A stretch of DNA of 64,000 nt from Candidatus Omnitrophota bacterium (GTDB lineage Bacteria > Omnitrophota > Gorgyraeia > 1-14-0-20-64-10): assembly GCA_016177405.1 (NCBI GenBank), contig JACOVG010000033.1, positions 41,486-105,485 on the forward strand, given 5' to 3'. Each line of letters opens with the position of its first letter. Position 1 is the first letter of the stretch. The notes under the pieces were generated by a model. That model was not told where the DNA came from and did not search any database. It saw only the letters and a program-made list of their open reading frames with translations. Both the position numbers and the translations under genes were made by a program. Shown here one piece after another: positions 8,863-17,672 of this stretch.

Positions 8863-11800
8863 CCATATTTCTGGTGCTCCAGGCGCGCCAGGGCGCTGTA
8901 GGCGCAGGGCACGACGAGCAGGGTCAGCACCGTTGAAACGATCACCCCGCCGATCACGGTGACGGCCATGGGGATGCGCGCCTCGGCGCCCGGGCCCAGC
9001 GCCATGGCCGGAGGCAGGGCGGCCGCGACCGTGGAGATGGAGGTCATCAGGATCGGCCTTAACCGGATGGGACAGGCGGCCAGCAGGGCTTCGGAAACCC
9101 CCTTCCCCTGCCGGCGCATCTGGTTGGTGAAGTCCACCAGCAGAATCGAGTTCTTCTTCACAATCCCCATCAGGAGAATGAGGCCGATGTAGCTCATGAT
9201 ATTGAGCGACTGATCCGCGATCCACAGGGCGATCAGCGCCCCCGAAAGAGAGAAGGGCAGGGCCAGCAGGACCGTGAAGGGGTGGACGTAAGAATTGTAT
9301 TGGCTGCCCAAAACCATGTAGGCGATCACAATCCCCAGCACCAGGGCAAAGACCAGACTGCCGACCGATTCCCGGAAGGTTTGGCTGGACCCTCCGAAGA
9401 CGGCCCGATAGCCTTCCGGGAGGACCTCCTTGGCGATCCGCTCGGCCTCATCCAGCGCGGCCGCCTGGGACTGGCCGGGGGCCACGTTGGCGAAAAGAGA
9501 GATCGCCCGCTCCCGCTGGCGGCGCGTGATGGTCAGCGGGGTCGCCTTCCTCTCCACGGTCACCACCTCGGACAAGGGCACCCTCTCTCCACGGTTGTTC
9601 CAGACCCACAGCTTCCGGACGTCCTCCTCCCGGCTGCGTTGGCTGGGGACCAGCCGAACGCGCACGTCGTATCTCCTGGCCCCTTTCGTGTATTTGGCGA
9701 CCCGCTCTCCGCCCACGGCGGCGTTGATCGTTCGGGCGACCGCCTCCATCCCCACCCCCCGCTGGGCCGCGGCTTCCCGGTTGGGCCGGACCTGAATCTC
9801 GACGGCCGGCTCCAGGAAATCGGTGTCCACGTCCACCAGGAGGGGGCTCTGGGCCATCCGCCGCCGGATCTCCTCGGCGTGAGCCCCCAGCTTATCCCAC
9901 TGGGGGCCGCGGACGGTGAGCTCGATGGGGAAGCCGCGCTGGGCCGAGAAGCCGCTTAAGGAAAGGTCCTGAACCGACGCCCGCACGTCGGGGATCTTGT
10001 TGAGCTCCTTTCTAAAGAGGGTCATCAGATCCTTTTGCGCCAGAGGCTTTTTGTTGGGCGCGACCACTGGCCTTTCGCGCGGGGGCTTGAAGGTCACAAA
10101 GAGAACCCCGGTGTTCACCTCGCCCCCGCCGAAGCCGCCGATCGCCCCGAAGTATCGTTTTATCTCCGGGCGGCTCATGGCGAAGGCCTCTGCTTTTTTG
10201 AAGCGCTCGTCGGTGAACCCCAGGGAAGAGCCCACCGGGGTCTGGAGGCGGACCAGGAACATGCTCTGATCCTGCGGCGGGACGAACTCCCGCCTTAGCC
10301 GAGGAGCAATGAGGAGAACCGACGCGGCAAAAAAAGCCGCGGCCGCCGCCAGGACCAAGCCGCGCCGGCCCAGGGCCAGGGCCAAGACCTTCCGGTATTG
10401 CCGGGCCAGCCACCCGAAGCCCCTCTCCGCCTCTTTCTCCACGGCCGTCTGTCTTTGGCCGACTTGAAGAAACTGCGCGCAGCGCATCGGCGCCAGCGTC
10501 AAGGCCTCCAGGAGGGAGAGGGCCACCGCCACCGAGATCGTCACCCCGAACTCAAAGAAGAAGCGGCCGATCAGCCCCTGCATGAAGGCCACCGGCAGAA
10601 AGATCGCCACGATCGCCAGGGTGGCCGCCAGCGCGGCGAAGGTGATCTGCCGCGCCCCCTGCCGGGCCGCCTCCACCCGGTCCAGGCCCATCTCCTGATG
10701 CCGGACGATGTTCTCCAGCACCATGATGGCGTCGTCCACCACGATCCCGATGGCCAGGGTCAGCCCCAGGATGGTGAAGGTGTTCAGGGTGAATCCCAGA
10801 AAAAAGGTCACGATGAAGGTCCCGAGGATGGAGGTGGGGATCGCCAGCAGGATGTTCAGGGTGGCCGACCAGGAGCCCAGGAAAAGCCAGCAGACCAGCG
10901 ACGTCAGGATGGCCGACAGAAAGAGGGTGAAGACCAGCTCCCGCATCGAATCTTCGATGAACCGGGTCCGGTTGAAGTTGACTCCCATCTCGATTCCCGG
11001 GGGCAGCTCCTTCTGGACCTCGGCCAGGCGCTCCAGGACCCGGCGGGCCACCGCCACCTCATTGGCCCCTCTCTGCTTGCGGATCCCGAGGCCCACGGCG
11101 GTGCTGCCCATCACCCGGGAGATTCGCCGCCGGTCGGCCAGGCCGTCTTCGATGGCGGCCACCTCTCGGAGGGTGATCGGCTTGTGGATGGGCTGGCCCC
11201 CCCGGGCGGCGATCACGAGGCCGCCGAATTCCTCCACCGAGGCCGCCTCCCCCATCGTCCGGACGTTGAACTCCTTCTCGGCCGTTTCGATCCGGCCGGC
11301 CGGGCGCTCGGCATGCTCCCGCTCGATCGCCGCGATCACGTCCCCCACGGTCAGCTGAAAGGCCTCCAGCTTCTCGGCGTCCAGCCAAACCCTTAAGTTG
11401 CGCTCGACCCACCCGCCCAGGAAAACCTCGCCCACCCCCTCGATCGTCTGGAAGCGGTCCTTGAGGCGGTCCTGCACGTATCCCATCAGATCCCTCAAGG
11501 GGATCTCGCCGGCCACACCCATCCAGATGATCGGCTGGTCCTGCGGGTTGGACTTGGTCACGACGGGCGGATCGATGTCCTCGGGCAGACGGCGCTGGGC
11601 CTGCGCCACCTTGGTCTGAACCTCCTGGAGCGCGGCGTCGATGTCCCTGTTGAGCTCGAACTCGACGGTCACGTTGGCCTGCCCCTGCCGGGTGTTTGAG
11701 GAGACCTCCCGGATCCCCTGGATGTTCATCACGGCATCTTCCAGAACGTCGACCACGTCGGTCTCCATCACCTCGGGCGCGGCCCCCTCCCAGGCGGCCG

Positions 11801-11942
11801 ACACGTTGATGATTGGGAAGTCCACATCCGGCATCTGGGAGACGCCCATCCCCAGAAAGCCGATCGCCCCAAAGAGGATGAGAGAAAACATCAGCATCCA
11901 GGCGAAAACCGGATTCTTGATGGAGAGGTCGGACAGGGTCAT
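8859..11942 (-). CDS. RND-family efflux transporter permease (AcrB/CzcA superfamily)
   Basis: 1027 aa with 12 TM segments and two large periplasmic loops. N-terminus MTLSDLSIKNPVFAWMLMFSLILFG. The start ATG lies 3 nt after the stop of the upstream OMP gene. Confidence 0.9.
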   Translation of the reverse strand: MTLSDLSIKNPVFAWMLMFSLILFGAIGFLGMGVSQMPDVDFPIINVSAAWEGAAPEVMETDVVDVLEDAVMNIQGIREVSSNTRQGQANVTVEFELNRDIDAALQEVQTKVAQAQRRLPEDIDPPVVTKSNPQDQPIIWMGVAGEIPLRDLMGYVQDRLKDRFQTIEGVGEVFLGGWVERNLRVWLDAEKLEAFQLTVGDVIAAIEREHAERPAGRIETAEKEFNVRTMGEAASVEEFGGLVIAARGGQPIHKPITLREVAAIEDGLADRRRISRVMGSTAVGLGIRKQRGANEVAVARRVLERLAEVQKELPPGIEMGVNFNRTRFIEDSMRELVFTLFLSAILTSLVCWLFLGSWSATLNILLAIPTSILGTFIVTFFLGFTLNTFTILGLTLAIGIVVDDAIMVLENIVRHQEMGLDRVEAARQGARQITFAALAATLAIVAIFLPVAFMQGLIGRFFFEFGVTISVAVALSLLEALTLAPMRCAQFLQVGQRQTAVEKEAERGFGWLARQYRKVLALALGRRGLVLAAAAAFFAASVLLIAPRLRREFVPPQDQSMFLVRLQTPVGSSLGFTDERFKKAEAFAMSRPEIKRYFGAIGGFGGGEVNTGVLFVTFKPPRERPVVAPNKKPLAQKDLMTLFRKELNKIPDVRASVQDLSLSGFSAQRGFPIELTVRGPQWDKLGAHAEEIRRRMAQSPLLVDVDTDFLEPAVEIQVRPNREAAAQRGVGMEAVARTINAAVGGERVAKYTKGARRYDVRVRLVPSQRSREEDVRKLWVWNNRGERVPLSEVVTVERKATPLTITRRQRERAISLFANVAPGQSQAAALDEAERIAKEVLPEGYRAVFGGSSQTFRESVGSLVFALVLGIVIAYMVLGSQYNSYVHPFTVLLALPFSLSGALIALWIADQSLNIMSYIGLILLMGIVKKNSILLVDFTNQMRRQGKGVSEALLAACPIRLRPILMTSISTVAAALPPAMALGPGAEARIPMAVTVIGGVIVSTVLTLLVVPCAYSALARLEHQKYG

Positions 11943-11945
11943 GGG

Positions 11946-13253
11946 TTAGGCGGGGATTTCCCCGGTGATCGCTTTGAATCTCAAGTAACGACGCTTGGCC
12001 TCGTACTGGGCCTGGGTGAGCTGGCGCCGGGCTTCCTGAAGCTCCTGAAGGCTTTCGAGGTACCGGATCGGGCTCACGAGCCGGTATCGAAACTCCTCGC
12101 TTTGGGCCGCGTGGCTGTCCGAGACGGCCTTCCAGGCCTGAGCCAAAGCGCCGGCCTCACCCAGGGCGGACTGCACCCGAGAGTAGGCGTCCCTGATCTC
12201 GGAAAGGGCCTTGCGCTGGGTTTCGGTGAGCGTGAGCCGGGTTTGGCGCTCGCCCGAGGCCGCCTCCGCGACCGCGCCGCGGGTTTGGCCTCCCTCAAAA
12301 ATGGGAACCTCCACCTTCAGAGCGGCATCCCAGTCCACCTCCTTGGAAGCGCCAACCCTTTCCACGAAATAGTTGCCCTCCAAATTCACGGTGGGCCACC
12401 GTCCGGCCTTGGCCAGCCGAACGCTCTCGTGGGCCGCCTGGCTGGATTCCTGCGCCGCCAGCACATCCGGCCGGGAGAAGGCCTTGGCCAGGTAGGTTTC
12501 CGGCGGGTCAAGCCGAAAGGGATAAGGATCGGTTTCCTTCACCAGGGGAAGGGGTTCCACGCCGGTTAAAAATTCGAGGAGCTGGCGGGCCAACCCTTGC
12601 TGAAGAGCGGCCTGCTCCATTTCGGCATCCAACCGGTGGAGATCGGCTTGCGCCCGGTGAGCCTCGCTGGCCTTAAGCCATCCCAGCCGTTCCCGCTCTC
12701 TCACCTGGGCCAATCGCTCCAGGAGGGTTGTCCGGATCGAGGCCAGGGCCTCAAGCTCCTCCTGTTGCCTAAGAAGCTCCACAAAGGCCTCCGCCACATC
12801 GACAAAAAGGAGCTGCTCGGCCCTTCGTTTCTCCTGAAGACGCTGCCGGCCCTCCGCCTTTGTGCCGGCCATGGCGGCGAACTCCTTGAAACCGGAAAAG
12901 AGGGGCTGGCTCATGACAAACTTTCTCTCCGGAACCTCTTTGAGGGTGAAGGCGGAGCCGCCGCTGCCGTCCTGCCGCTTGTCGGAGGAGGAGAAGGTGA
13001 CCCGCGGGAGAATGCCGCTTATGGCCTGGGTGAAGCGGGCCTCGGTCTCGGTGATCAGCTCCTTTTGGATGGCCACCGTCTCGCTTCGCGCGAGGGCCAG
13101 CCGGTAGCATTCTTCCAGGGTCAGCGGCCCTGAAGGGGAAGCCTCTTGGGCCAAGGCCGGAAGGGTAAGCCCGAACAGGAAAACGGTCAAGAGGATCTTG
13201 CGGAGGAGGGCGAGATAGGCGGCTTGCTCCCTCGCGCTAAGATTCTTCAGCAT
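11946..13253 (-). CDS. TolC-family outer membrane efflux protein, counted from internal Met116 of the 550-aa ORF
   Basis: Signal-peptide-like stretch ILLTVFLFGLTLPALAQEA is followed by two OEP repeats. It is in frame with the upstream MarR domain and no stop codon separates them. Confidence 0.7.
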   Translation of the reverse strand: MLKNLSAREQAAYLALLRKILLTVFLFGLTLPALAQEASPSGPLTLEECYRLALARSETVAIQKELITETEARFTQAISGILPRVTFSSSDKRQDGSGGSAFTLKEVPERKFVMSQPLFSGFKEFAAMAGTKAEGRQRLQEKRRAEQLLFVDVAEAFVELLRQQEELEALASIRTTLLERLAQVRERERLGWLKASEAHRAQADLHRLDAEMEQAALQQGLARQLLEFLTGVEPLPLVKETDPYPFRLDPPETYLAKAFSRPDVLAAQESSQAAHESVRLAKAGRWPTVNLEGNYFVERVGASKEVDWDAALKVEVPIFEGGQTRGAVAEAASGERQTRLTLTETQRKALSEIRDAYSRVQSALGEAGALAQAWKAVSDSHAAQSEEFRYRLVSPIRYLESLQELQEARRQLTQAQYEAKRRYLRFKAITGEIPA

Positions 13254-13598
13254 CGCCCCCATGGTTTTTCGCCGCATCTTGCCAAACTGCATGAAGAGCA
13301 GGCGGCCCTTGGGGGTGATCGAAACCCAGACGACGCGGCGGTCCGCCTCGTCGCGGCCTCTGGCCGCCAGGCCCCCTCGCACCATCCGGTCCACCAATCC
13401 GGTGGCCGCGCTCATCTGAATTCCAAGCAGAAGGGAAAGCTCGCGCATCTTCTGGCGCCGGTGGCGAAGCAGGGCGTCCAGGATCACCACCTGGGGCAGG
13501 GTGAGGGTGCCGTAGCCCTTCAAGCCCCGCTCCCGGCGGACGATCCGCCGGAAGAGGGCGAGGACCAGCTCGAACAGTTCTTGCGGAGCGCTGGGCAT
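13191..13598 (-). CDS. MarR-family transcriptional regulator domain (N-terminal ~136 aa of the same 550-aa ORF)
   Basis: Winged-helix pattern LTLPQVVILDALL...LGIQMSAATGLVDRMVRGGLAAR...RRVVWVSITPKGR. Dimerisation helix LSAREQAAYLALLRKIL. There is no stop before the OMP signal peptide. Confidence 0.6.
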
Positions 13599-13618
13599 GG
13601 TTACCTATTACTTCGTGC

Positions 13619-13635
13619 ACATGAAATGTTCATAT
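13619..13635. promoter_or_regulatory. Inverted repeat ATGAA-N3-TTCAT in the marR/MFS divergent intergenic region (candidate MarR operator)
   Basis: cacATGAAatgTTCATat sits between the divergent starts at 13598 (-) and 13677 (+). A TATATATA stretch follows. Confidence 0.35.
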
Positions 13636-13676
13636 ATATAAAATAACACACTCCCCCCAAGCCCGTCAACCCTGGA

Positions 13677-14915
13677 ATGTGCTACACTACCCCCGACATG
13701 CCCCGCGACCGACTCCTCATTTACGCCGCCGGCTTCTTGAGGGCCTTGGGGGTGGGCCTGGTGGGGGTTTTGTTTGCCTTGTACCTCGCCGCCAGGGGGT
13801 TCCACACCGGGCAGATCGGACTGCTGGTGGCCGCGGGGATAGCCGGCAACGCCCTGGCCACCTTCGGGGTGAGCTTTTTCGCCGACCGCCTGGGGCGCCG
13901 GAGGACCCTCCTCGCGCTTTCCGCTTTGATCGTGGTCGGTGGAGCTGGCCTGGTTCTCTTGCCCCGCTTTCTTCCCCTGGCCTTCGTGTCGTTTCTGGGG
14001 ATGGTCAACGCCATGGGGCGCGAGCGGGGCGCCCTGTTCACCCTGGAGCAGGCGATCATCCCGGCGACGGCCGACGACCGGCACCGGACCCAGGCCCTGG
14101 CCTGGTACAACGTGGTGTTGGACGCGGGTCAGGCCCTGGGCTCCCTCTTGGGCGGCGTGCCCTTTCTTTTGCGGCGAAGCCTCGGATGGGAGGATCTGGC
14201 TTCCTACCAGGCGGCCTTCGCCGGATACGCTGTCTTGGGGCTGGCGGGCTTCTTCCTCTATATGGGCTTAAGCCGGAGGGTGGAGGTCGCGGGCCCCGGC
14301 TCCCTGCCTGCCGGTCTCAAGGCCTGGCGGGGCATCTCTGGCCCCTCCCGAAGGATCATCACCCGGATTTCCCTCCTCTTTGGGATGGACTCGATCGGCG
14401 GAGGATTCCTTCCCTCGTCCCTCATCGCCTACTGGTTCTTCAAGCGGTTTGGGATCGGGGAGGAGTGGCTGGCCCCTCTTTTCTTTGTGGCCCATGTGGC
14501 CAACGCCTTCTCGTATCTGGCGGCGGCCTGGATCTCCCGCCGGATCGGCCTGGTTCGGACGATGGTCTTCACCCATCTGCCGTCCAACGTGTGTCTTCTC
14601 GCGATTCCCTTCGCCCCAAGCCTTCCCGCGGCGGCGGCTCTGTATCTTCTGCGGGAGTGTCTGGTGGAGATGGATGTCCCCACCCGGCAGTCTTACGTGA
14701 TGGCGGTGGTGGCGCCGGCCGAGCGGACGGTGGCGGCCGGGGTGACGAATCTCACCCGCCTGATCGCCTGGACGATTGCCCCGGGGATAGCGGGTTTTGC
14801 CATGAAGGGGCTGGCCATGAGCTTTCCCCTCTTGGCCGGCGGAGGCATCAAGATCGTTTACGACCTCACCCTCTACCGTTCCTTCCGCCACGTCAGGCCC
14901 CCCGAGGAGCGGTAA
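13677..14915 (+). CDS. MFS transporter
   Basis: 412 aa with 12 predicted TM segments and the MFS loop motif ADRLGRRRTL. Divergent from the marR ORF. Confidence 0.8.
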   Translation: MCYTTPDMPRDRLLIYAAGFLRALGVGLVGVLFALYLAARGFHTGQIGLLVAAGIAGNALATFGVSFFADRLGRRRTLLALSALIVVGGAGLVLLPRFLPLAFVSFLGMVNAMGRERGALFTLEQAIIPATADDRHRTQALAWYNVVLDAGQALGSLLGGVPFLLRRSLGWEDLASYQAAFAGYAVLGLAGFFLYMGLSRRVEVAGPGSLPAGLKAWRGISGPSRRIITRISLLFGMDSIGGGFLPSSLIAYWFFKRFGIGEEWLAPLFFVAHVANAFSYLAAAWISRRIGLVRTMVFTHLPSNVCLLAIPFAPSLPAAAALYLLRECLVEMDVPTRQSYVMAVVAPAERTVAAGVTNLTRLIAWTIAPGIAGFAMKGLAMSFPLLAGGGIKIVYDLTLYRSFRHVRPPEER

Positions 14916-15275
14916 ATGAGAAGGGTCCTGGTGGACGGCAACAACGTGCTGGCAGCGCTGGGGCTTGCTCGAGGAGGCACCGCCGGCGCCGAGGCGTTTC
15001 TCCAGAAGCTGGAGATGGCCGCCGCCTCCAAGGATTGGGAGGCGACCGTGGTCTTTGACGGGCCCGAGCGTTTCCTCTCCAGGCCGACCGGCCCCCTCGT
15101 CGTCAGGTACGCGGCCAAGGGCCAAACTGCCGACAGCGTAATTGAGCGGGCCGTTTACGAAACAGCCGACCGGCTCTCCACCGTCGTGGTGACCCAGGAC
15201 CAGCCCCAAGCCGATCTGGTCCGGGGGCTGGGCGCCGTCGTCTGGACCCCCCGCCGCCTGCTGGAAGAGATGTGA
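14916..15275 (+). CDS. NYN/PIN-like domain protein (YacP/DUF88-like)
   Basis: 119 aa with the VLVDGNNV motif typical of NYN ribonuclease-like domains. It starts 1 nt after the MFS stop. Confidence 0.6.
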   Translation: MRRVLVDGNNVLAALGLARGGTAGAEAFLQKLEMAAASKDWEATVVFDGPERFLSRPTGPLVVRYAAKGQTADSVIERAVYETADRLSTVVVTQDQPQADLVRGLGAVVWTPRRLLEEM

Positions 15276-15285
15276 TATATTGCAG

Positions 15286-15309
15286 GGTGCCAGGATTTAT
15301 CCTGGCACC
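15286..15309. repeat. 24-bp palindromic hairpin element GGTGCCAGGATTTATCCTGGCACC (copy A)
   Basis: Perfect 9-bp inverted repeat with a 6-nt AT loop, lying between the NYN stop (15275) and the ATG at 15334. Copy B at 62501-62524 is the near-identical reverse complement. Confidence 0.7.
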
Positions 15310-15333
15310 CTATCCATAGAGGAGGGCAACCGG

Positions 15334-17667
15334 ATGATACGCCGAGGGCTGGCCTCACTTATCCTCGTCACCTATACTGCCTCCTTCATCCTTTCGCCGG
15401 CTCCCGGCTTTGCTCAAGACCCGACCGATTCTCCGCAAGAAACCCCCGCTGCCGGAGCTCGCCTCTTTACCGTTAAAGAGCAAGCCCAAGCATTGGGCTC
15501 TGATCCGCAGAGGATCTTCCGGTTCGTCTCCGATCAGATCCGTTACGAATCCTACGCCGGCGTCTTAAGGGGCTCCGAGGGGACCCTGCTGGCCCAGGCG
15601 GGCAACAGCTTCGACAAATCACTGCTTCTGGCCGCCCTGTTGAAAGAAGCAGGAGTGGAATTCCGTTTTGTTCGAGGAATCCTGGAGCCAGGGGCGATGG
15701 ATCGAACGATCGCCTCGATGCTCACGCCACAACCCCTGGAATCTTCCCTGCCCGGTGAGTCCCCCGGGACGGATTTTTCCAAGCTGACCCATGAACAGCA
15801 GGAGTTTCTGGAAGAAGGATACGACCGCTACGCCGCCATGCTTGAGCGGATTCAGGAAAGGACCGATGAGAACTTCAAGTGGCTGGCCGACCTGCTGGAG
15901 GCCAACGGGATCTCCGCCCCACAGGAGATTCCGGATCAGGTGAGGCCCTTAAGGAAGGAACTCGAAGAGCATCTCTGGCTCGAGGCCAAGCTTGGCGAGG
16001 AATGGGTGGCGATGGATCCCTCTGTCCCGGCCGCCCCCATCGGCCAAGCCTTTGGCAAGCCGCAGGATTACCCGGCCGAGATCCCCAAGGATCTGCTTCA
16101 TTGGATCAACCTTTCGATCTGGATCCGCTCGGGGGCTGCCGCGGGTCAGCAGGATAAGCACATCGTCTCACACGACGTCCCCGCCTTCTTCCTCTTTGGC
16201 AAGTCTGTCACGATCGCCAACACCCCAGAGGCCGGTTTGGCCGGCTTGGGAAGCATGATGGGAGGGATGCTCGAGGGGAAGACTGGAACCACCTTTTATC
16301 CCGCCATTCAGATTGGAACCCAGACCTATGAGGGCGAAGCAGTCACCTGGGCCCCTCCCCGGCCGGCTTCCACCGCCTCCAAGCCCAAGCGCGGTGGAGG
16401 GCTCTTTGGGGGGCTCGATGTTTTGGACGAGGCCGTCCGTCCGGAAGAGGCCGCCAAAGACAACGCCAAGCAATCCCTGCCGATCACGGAGTGGGTGGAA
16501 GCCACCCTTCGATCTCCCGGAGGCGGCGTGGAGAAGCTGAAGTGGAACCTCTTCCATTGGGACGCCAGCTCCGGCGGCAATCCCGATCCCACCGCGGCCT
16601 CATGGGAGCTGTCGGTGATCTCAGGCAAGGTTCTTTATCCGGTCCTGGGCCGCCTCTTAAGACGGGCCCTCTTTTCCGCCAGCCCCGACTCCGCCTGGAG
16701 GATGAGCTCCTATCTCAACTACAACCATGCCTTCCTCCGGGATGAGATGCTCGATTACGTTTATGAGCCCAGCGATGCCATCCGCTACGTCGATTCTCCC
16801 CATCTGGCGGTCACCGAGATCGCCCTCCAGGAGAACCAAGCCCTCTCCTTGAAGATGAACCTGGTAAGACCGGCCAGAAGGGTTCTCCTGCCAGCGGATG
16901 CTCCCCCAGAGCGCTGGCAGCGGCTCTTCTTTGAACAGCTCTTCATGGGGGTTCTCGATGCCCAGATTGAGCGGGCGGTGGTGGAGGAGACTGTTTCTCA
17001 AGAGGAGGGTGCCTTGGCCTGGGTCGACAGCGTTCCCTCCCTCTTTGAGAAGGCCAAGGAGCAGGGAATCCCCCTCTGGGTTTTGACGCAGGCCTCCTCC
17101 GATAAGGTGAAGCAGCTTTCAACCTCGGAAGCGGTGAAGACCCGCCTGAGAGAGCAGCTTGCGGCCGGCAACGCCCTGGTGATTCCCAGCCGCCCGGTCG
17201 CCATCGGCTCCCAATCTCGACTGGGCTGGTGGCGGGTGGTGCTCGCGACCGGCCAGACCCAAGACGAGACCCCCGAGGGCCAGCATCAGGCCTCGACGGA
17301 GAAGGCCGTGCTGGAGACTCACGCGACCACCACCGCCACCCGGGCGATGCAGGCGTTCCAGAAGGTTCTCTGCAGCAAGATCGCGACGATCGCCTTTGTG
17401 ATCCTCTCCGCGGTAGCTACGGAAGCCACCATGGGGAGTATGGGCTCCGTCCTCCAGGATCTCATGGAGCAGGTCGGAAACATCCCAGCCTGCCCCGTGA
17501 AGAAGCCCCCCCTGCGGCCTAAGCCGCCTGCGCCTCCGATCAGAAGACCCAGGCAAAATTGGCCCAGGCCTCAAAACCAGAGGCAGCCGCCCCGCCCCGA
17601 CATCCCGGACAGGCGCCGCCGGCCCGAGGCGTATTACCCCTCCTCCCGCTCCCCCAGGGGCCACTAG
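15334..17667 (+). CDS. Secreted transglutaminase-like domain protein (Cys-to-Ser variant) with Pro/Arg-rich C-terminal tail
   Basis: I chose the ATG at 15334 (MIRRGLASLILVTYTASFILSPAPGFA signal peptide, GAGGAGG RBS) because the ORF-track start at 15280 merely translates the palindrome. The TGase core aligns as G-N-S-F-D-K-S against the canonical G-x-C-R-D-F-A. The His (EHLWLEA) and Asp (AMDPS) are conserved. The C-terminal ~55 aa are Pro/Arg-rich. Confidence 0.65.
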   Translation: MIRRGLASLILVTYTASFILSPAPGFAQDPTDSPQETPAAGARLFTVKEQAQALGSDPQRIFRFVSDQIRYESYAGVLRGSEGTLLAQAGNSFDKSLLLAALLKEAGVEFRFVRGILEPGAMDRTIASMLTPQPLESSLPGESPGTDFSKLTHEQQEFLEEGYDRYAAMLERIQERTDENFKWLADLLEANGISAPQEIPDQVRPLRKELEEHLWLEAKLGEEWVAMDPSVPAAPIGQAFGKPQDYPAEIPKDLLHWINLSIWIRSGAAAGQQDKHIVSHDVPAFFLFGKSVTIANTPEAGLAGLGSMMGGMLEGKTGTTFYPAIQIGTQTYEGEAVTWAPPRPASTASKPKRGGGLFGGLDVLDEAVRPEEAAKDNAKQSLPITEWVEATLRSPGGGVEKLKWNLFHWDASSGGNPDPTAASWELSVISGKVLYPVLGRLLRRALFSASPDSAWRMSSYLNYNHAFLRDEMLDYVYEPSDAIRYVDSPHLAVTEIALQENQALSLKMNLVRPARRVLLPADAPPERWQRLFFEQLFMGVLDAQIERAVVEETVSQEEGALAWVDSVPSLFEKAKEQGIPLWVLTQASSDKVKQLSTSEAVKTRLREQLAAGNALVIPSRPVAIGSQSRLGWWRVVLATGQTQDETPEGQHQASTEKAVLETHATTTATRAMQAFQKVLCSKIATIAFVILSAVATEATMGSMGSVLQDLMEQVGNIPACPVKKPPLRPKPPAPPIRRPRQNWPRPQNQRQPPRPDIPDRRRRPEAYYPSSRSPRGH

Positions 17668-17672
17668 CGGAG

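Noticed and set aside
15280-15333. ORF-track start of the TGase-like gene at 15280 (MQGARIYPGTLSIEEGNR)
   Set aside because: These codons are simply the translation of the 24-bp palindromic hairpin. The ATG at 15334 has a GAGGAGG RBS and starts a canonical signal peptide.
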